Shown here: piece by piece, positions 59,770-64,000 of the stretch
Layout: each line of letters starts with the position of its first letter
Position numbering within the stretch: position 1 is the stretch's first letter
NCBI RefSeq assembly: GCF_009914755.1
Contig: NC_060939.1
Strand: one strand, 5' to 3'
Length of the DNA stretch: 64,000 nt
Origin: the human T2T-CHM13v2.0 reference genome, Homo sapiens
Made by a program: the position numbers and the translations under genes
The notes under the pieces: generated by a model
What the model saw: the letters and a program-made list of their open reading frames with translations, nothing else
Database searches by the model: none
Told to the model about the DNA's origin: nothing

Positions 59770-62700
59770 ACACATCTCTGAACTGATCAACAAAGTGATG
59801 TAACAATCGTCTAGGCTCTAACAACAGGGGGTTTGTGACATATCTCTGCACTGATCACCCAGGTGATGGGACTTTTGTTTAGGCTCTGCCTATGGTGGCA
59901 TTGTGACATAGTTCTGCACTGATCACACTGGTGATGGGACACTTGTCTAGGCTCTGTGTATGGGGGCTTTGTGACATATCTCTATACTGATCCCCCAGGT
60001 GATGTAACGCTTGACTAGGCTCTGCCTACGGGGCATAGTGACATATCACTGCATTGATCACCGAGGTGATGTAACTCTTGTCCAGGCTCTGCCTATAGGG
60101 GGCCTTGTGACATATCTCTGCACTGATCATCTCGGTGATGTAACTCTTACTTATGCTCTGCCTGCAGGGGCATTGTGAAATATGTCTGCACTGATCACCC
60201 AGGTGATGGGACTCTTCTCTAGGCTCTGCCTACTTGGGGCATTGTCACATATTTCTGCACTGATCACCCAGGTGACGGACACTTGCCTTGGATTTGCCTA
60301 TGGGGGCATTGTGACATATCTCTGCACTGATCACCCAGATGATGTAACTCTGGTCTAAGCTCTGCCTAAATGGGCATTGTGACAAATCTCTGCAATGATC
60401 ACTCAGGTGATGTAACAATTGTCTAGGCTCTGCTTAAAGGGGCCTTGTCACATATCTCTGCACTGATCACCCAGGTGATGTAACACCTGTCTAGGCTCTG
60501 CTTACAGGGGGTATTGTGAAATATCTCTGCACTGATCACCTAAGTGATGTAACACTTGTGTAGGCTCTGCCTACAGGGGCATTTTGACATTTCTCTGCAC
60601 TGTTAACCGAGGTGATGTAACACTTGTCTAGGCTGTGCCCACAGGGGGATTGAGACATATCTCTGCACTGATCCCGAGGTGATCCAACTCTTGCCTGGTC
60701 TCTGTCTACTGGGGACATTGTGATATATCTCTGCACTGATCTCCCAAGTGCTGTAACTTTACTCTAGGCTCTGGCTACACGGCATTGTGACATATCACTG
60801 CACTGATCACCGAGGTGATATAACTCTTGTCTAGTCTCTGCCTACAGGGGGCTTGTGACATATATCTGCACTGATCACCCAGGTGATATAACTCTCCTCT
60901 AGGCTCTGTCTACAGGGTGCTTTGTGGCATGTCCCTGCACTGATCACCCAGGTGATGGGACTCTTATCTAGGCTCTGCCAAAAGTGACATTGTGACATAT
61001 CTCTGCACTGATCACCCAGGTGATGTAACTCTTTCCCAGGATCTGCTTACAGGGTACTTTGAGACATATCCCTGCAATGATCACCCAGGTGTTGTACCAC
61101 TTGTCAAGGCTCTGCCTACAGGTACATTGCGAAGTATTTCTGCAATGATCACCTAGGTCATGTAACTGATTGATGTAACTATTGTCTAGGATCTGCCTAA
61201 AGGGACTTTGTGACATAACTCTGCACTGATCATCCAGGTTATGGGGCTTTTGTCTAGGCTCTGCCTAAGGGGGCATTGTGACATATTTCTGCACTGATAA
61301 CCCAGGTGACGGATTCCTGTCTTGGATCTACCTATGGGAGCATTGTGACATATCTCTGCACTGATCACACAGGTGATGTAACTGTTGTATAAGCTCTGCC
61401 TACAGGGGAATTGTGAGAGATCTCGCCACTGATCACTCAATTGATGTAACTATTGTCTAGGCTTTGCCTAAAGGTGGCTTTCTGAAATACCTTTTCACTG
61501 ATCACCCAGGTGATGTAATTCATCTAAGTTCTGCCTACAGGAGCTTTGTGACATATCTCTGCACTGAACACTTAGGTGATGTAACACTTGTATAAGCACT
61601 GCCTACAGGGAATTTTGACAAATCTCCACACTGATAACCTAGGTGATGTAACTCTTTTCTAGGATCTGCCTACAGGGTACTTTGTGACATATCCCTGCAA
61701 TGATCACCCAGGTGATGTACCACTTGTCAAGGCTCTGCCTACAGGGACATTGAGATGTATCTCTGCACTGATCACCTAGGTCATGTAACTCTTGTCTAGG
61801 CTCTGCCTACAGTGGCATTGTGACATATCTCTGCACTGATCATCCAAGTAATGTAACTGTTGTATAAGCTCTGCCTACAGGGGAATTGTGAGAGATCTCT
61901 CCACTGATCACGCAAGTGATGTAACTATTGTCTAGGCTTTGCCTACAGGGGGCTTTGTGACATACCTTTGCACTGATCACCCAGGTGACGTAACTCATGT
62001 AAGTTCTGCCTACAGGAGCTTTTTGACATATCTCTGTACTGATCACTTAGGTGTTGTGACACTTTTATAATCACTGCCTACAGGGAATTTTGACAAACCT
62101 CTGCATCACCTAGGTGATGTAACTCTTGTCTACACTCTGCCCAAAGGGGGCATTGTGAAATATCTCTGCACTGATCACAAAGGTGATTCAACTCTTGTGT
62201 AGGATCTGCCTACAGGGGGTATTGTGAGATATCTCCGCACTGATCAACTAGGTGATGTAAATAGTGTCTAGGCTCTGCGTACAGGGGCATTTTCACATAT
62301 CCCTGAACTGATGACAAAGGTGATGTAACCCTTGCCTGGGCATTGCCTACAGGGGATATTGTGACATACGTCTGCACTGATCACCCAGGTGATGCACCTG
62401 TTCTCTATGCTCTGCCTACAGGGGACATTGTGACATATCTCTGCACTGATCACCCAGGTGATGTCACTTTTCTCAAGGATATGTCTACAGGGACATTGTG
62501 ATATGTCACTGCACTGATCACACAGTTGATGTAACTACTGTGTAGGCTCTGGCTACAGGGGGCTTGTGACACATCTCTGCACTGATCACCCAGGTGATGT
62601 AACCTTTGTCTAGGCTCTGCCAAAAGAGGGCATTATGACATAACTCTCCACTGATCACCCAGGTGATGGGACTCCTGTCTAGGCTAAGCCTACAGGGGCA

Positions 62701-64000
62701 TTGTGACATATCTCTGCAGTGATCACGCAGGTGATATAACTCTTGTCTATATCTGCCTACTGGCGGCATTGTGGCATATTTCTGCACTGATCACCCAGGT
62801 GATGGACTCTTGTCTTGGATCTGCCTATGGGGGCATAGTGACACGTCTCTGCAGTGATCACTCATGTGATGTAACGCTTGTCTAAGCTGCGTCTAAAGGG
62901 GAGTTGTGACAGATATCTCCACTGATTACCCAGGTGATGTAACAAACAATTTTCCGCGATTTCTCTACAGGGCCTTTGTGACATATCTTTGCACTGATAA
63001 CCCTGGAGATGTAACTCTTGTCTAGGCTCGGCCTACAGGGGCTGTGTGACATATTTCTGCACTGATCACCCAGGAGATATAACTCTTGTTGAAGCTCTGC
63101 CTACAGGGGTTTTGTGACATATTTCTGTACTGATCACCCAGGTTATGTAACTCTTGTCTATGCTCCACCTACAGGGGGTATTGTGACGTATCTCTGCACT
63201 TCTCACACAGGTGATGTAACTCTTGTCTAGGCTCCACCTACAGGGTGTATTGTGACATATCTCTGCACTGATCACCCATGTGATGTAATATTTATCTAGG
63301 CTCTGCCTACTGGGGCGTTTTGACATAGCTCTGCACAGATCACCTGGGTTATGTAACTCTTGTCCACTCTCTGCCTAAAGGGGGCATTGTGAAATATCTC
63401 TGCACTGATCACCCAGGTGATGGGACTCTTCTCTATACTCTGCCTATAGGGGGATTTGTGACATATATCTGCACGGATCACCCAGGTGATGGAAGTCTTG
63501 TCTAGGCTCTGTCTATGGGGTCATTGTGTCAAATATCTGCACTGATCACCCAGGTGATGTAACTCTTCTCTAGGCTCTGTATACAAGGATTTTTGTGACG
63601 TATCACTGCCCTGATCACCTAGGTGATGTAAGCCTTGTATGGGCTTTGCGTACAGAAGGCTTTGTGACATATCTATGCACTGATCTCTGAGATGATGCAA
63701 CTCTTGTCTAGTCACTGCCTACAGAGGACATTGGTACATATCTCTGCACTGATCACCCAGGTGATGGACTCTTGTCTTAGATCTGCCTACATGGACATTT
63801 TGACACATCTCTGACCTGATCAACCAAGTGATGAAACTCTTGCCTAGGCTCTGCCTAAATGGGCTTTGTGACACATCTCTGAACTGTTCACCCTGGGGAG
63901 GGAACTCTAGTCTACGCTCTGCCTACAGGGGGCATTGTGAAATATCTCTGCACTGATCACCCAGGTGATGGGACTCTTCTTTATCCTCTGCCTATAGGGG
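59770..64000. repeat. Beta-satellite block H (open at window end)
   Basis: 68-bp tandem monomers; ends within the series that precedes a DUX cassette elsewhere. Confidence 0.96.

Noticed and set aside
61155-61185. Small irregularities in monomers (TGTAACTGATTGATGTAACT here; short deletions at ~8218, ~41665, ~62105; AACAAACAAT at ~62941)
   Set aside because: Ordinary slippage or deletion scars with no recurring structure.

Overview
Primate (most likely human) heterochromatic satellite DNA with no intact protein-coding gene. About 45 kb is 68-bp beta-satellite (Sau3A/BSAT; consensus roughly GATCACCCAGGTGATGTAACTCTTGTCTAGGCTCTGCCTACAGGGGGCATTGTGACATATCTCTGCACT). It is interrupted by seven co-oriented (minus-strand) D4Z4-derived cassettes of ~2.75 kb; copy 1 is truncated to ~2.3 kb. 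Each cassette carries the DUX4 promoter region, a DUX4-like double-homeobox ORF and the exon-2/KpnI region, and copies 2-7 also carry a pLAM/exon-3-like end running into beta-satellite. This is the known D4Z4-like/beta-satellite (LSAU-BSAT type) composite of acrocentric short arms and other pericentromeric heterochromatin; the chromosome cannot be assigned by eye. All seven full-length DUX4 frames are disabled, each by different lesions. Points of interest: (1) identical junctions and an ordered series of monomer variants show that a DUX4+satellite macro-unit was amplified, with some cycles losing the DUX cassette; (2) the site of the FSHD-permissive ATTAAA signal is in its beta-satellite consensus state (GTCACA); (3) the pLAM end is a decayed copy of the DUX4 5' end; (4) copies 1 and 3 keep homeodomain-only ORFs with canonical TATAA boxes, and copy 3 has also gained an AATAAA. 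I see no wholly new biological system here; the findings are refinements of a known composite repeat.
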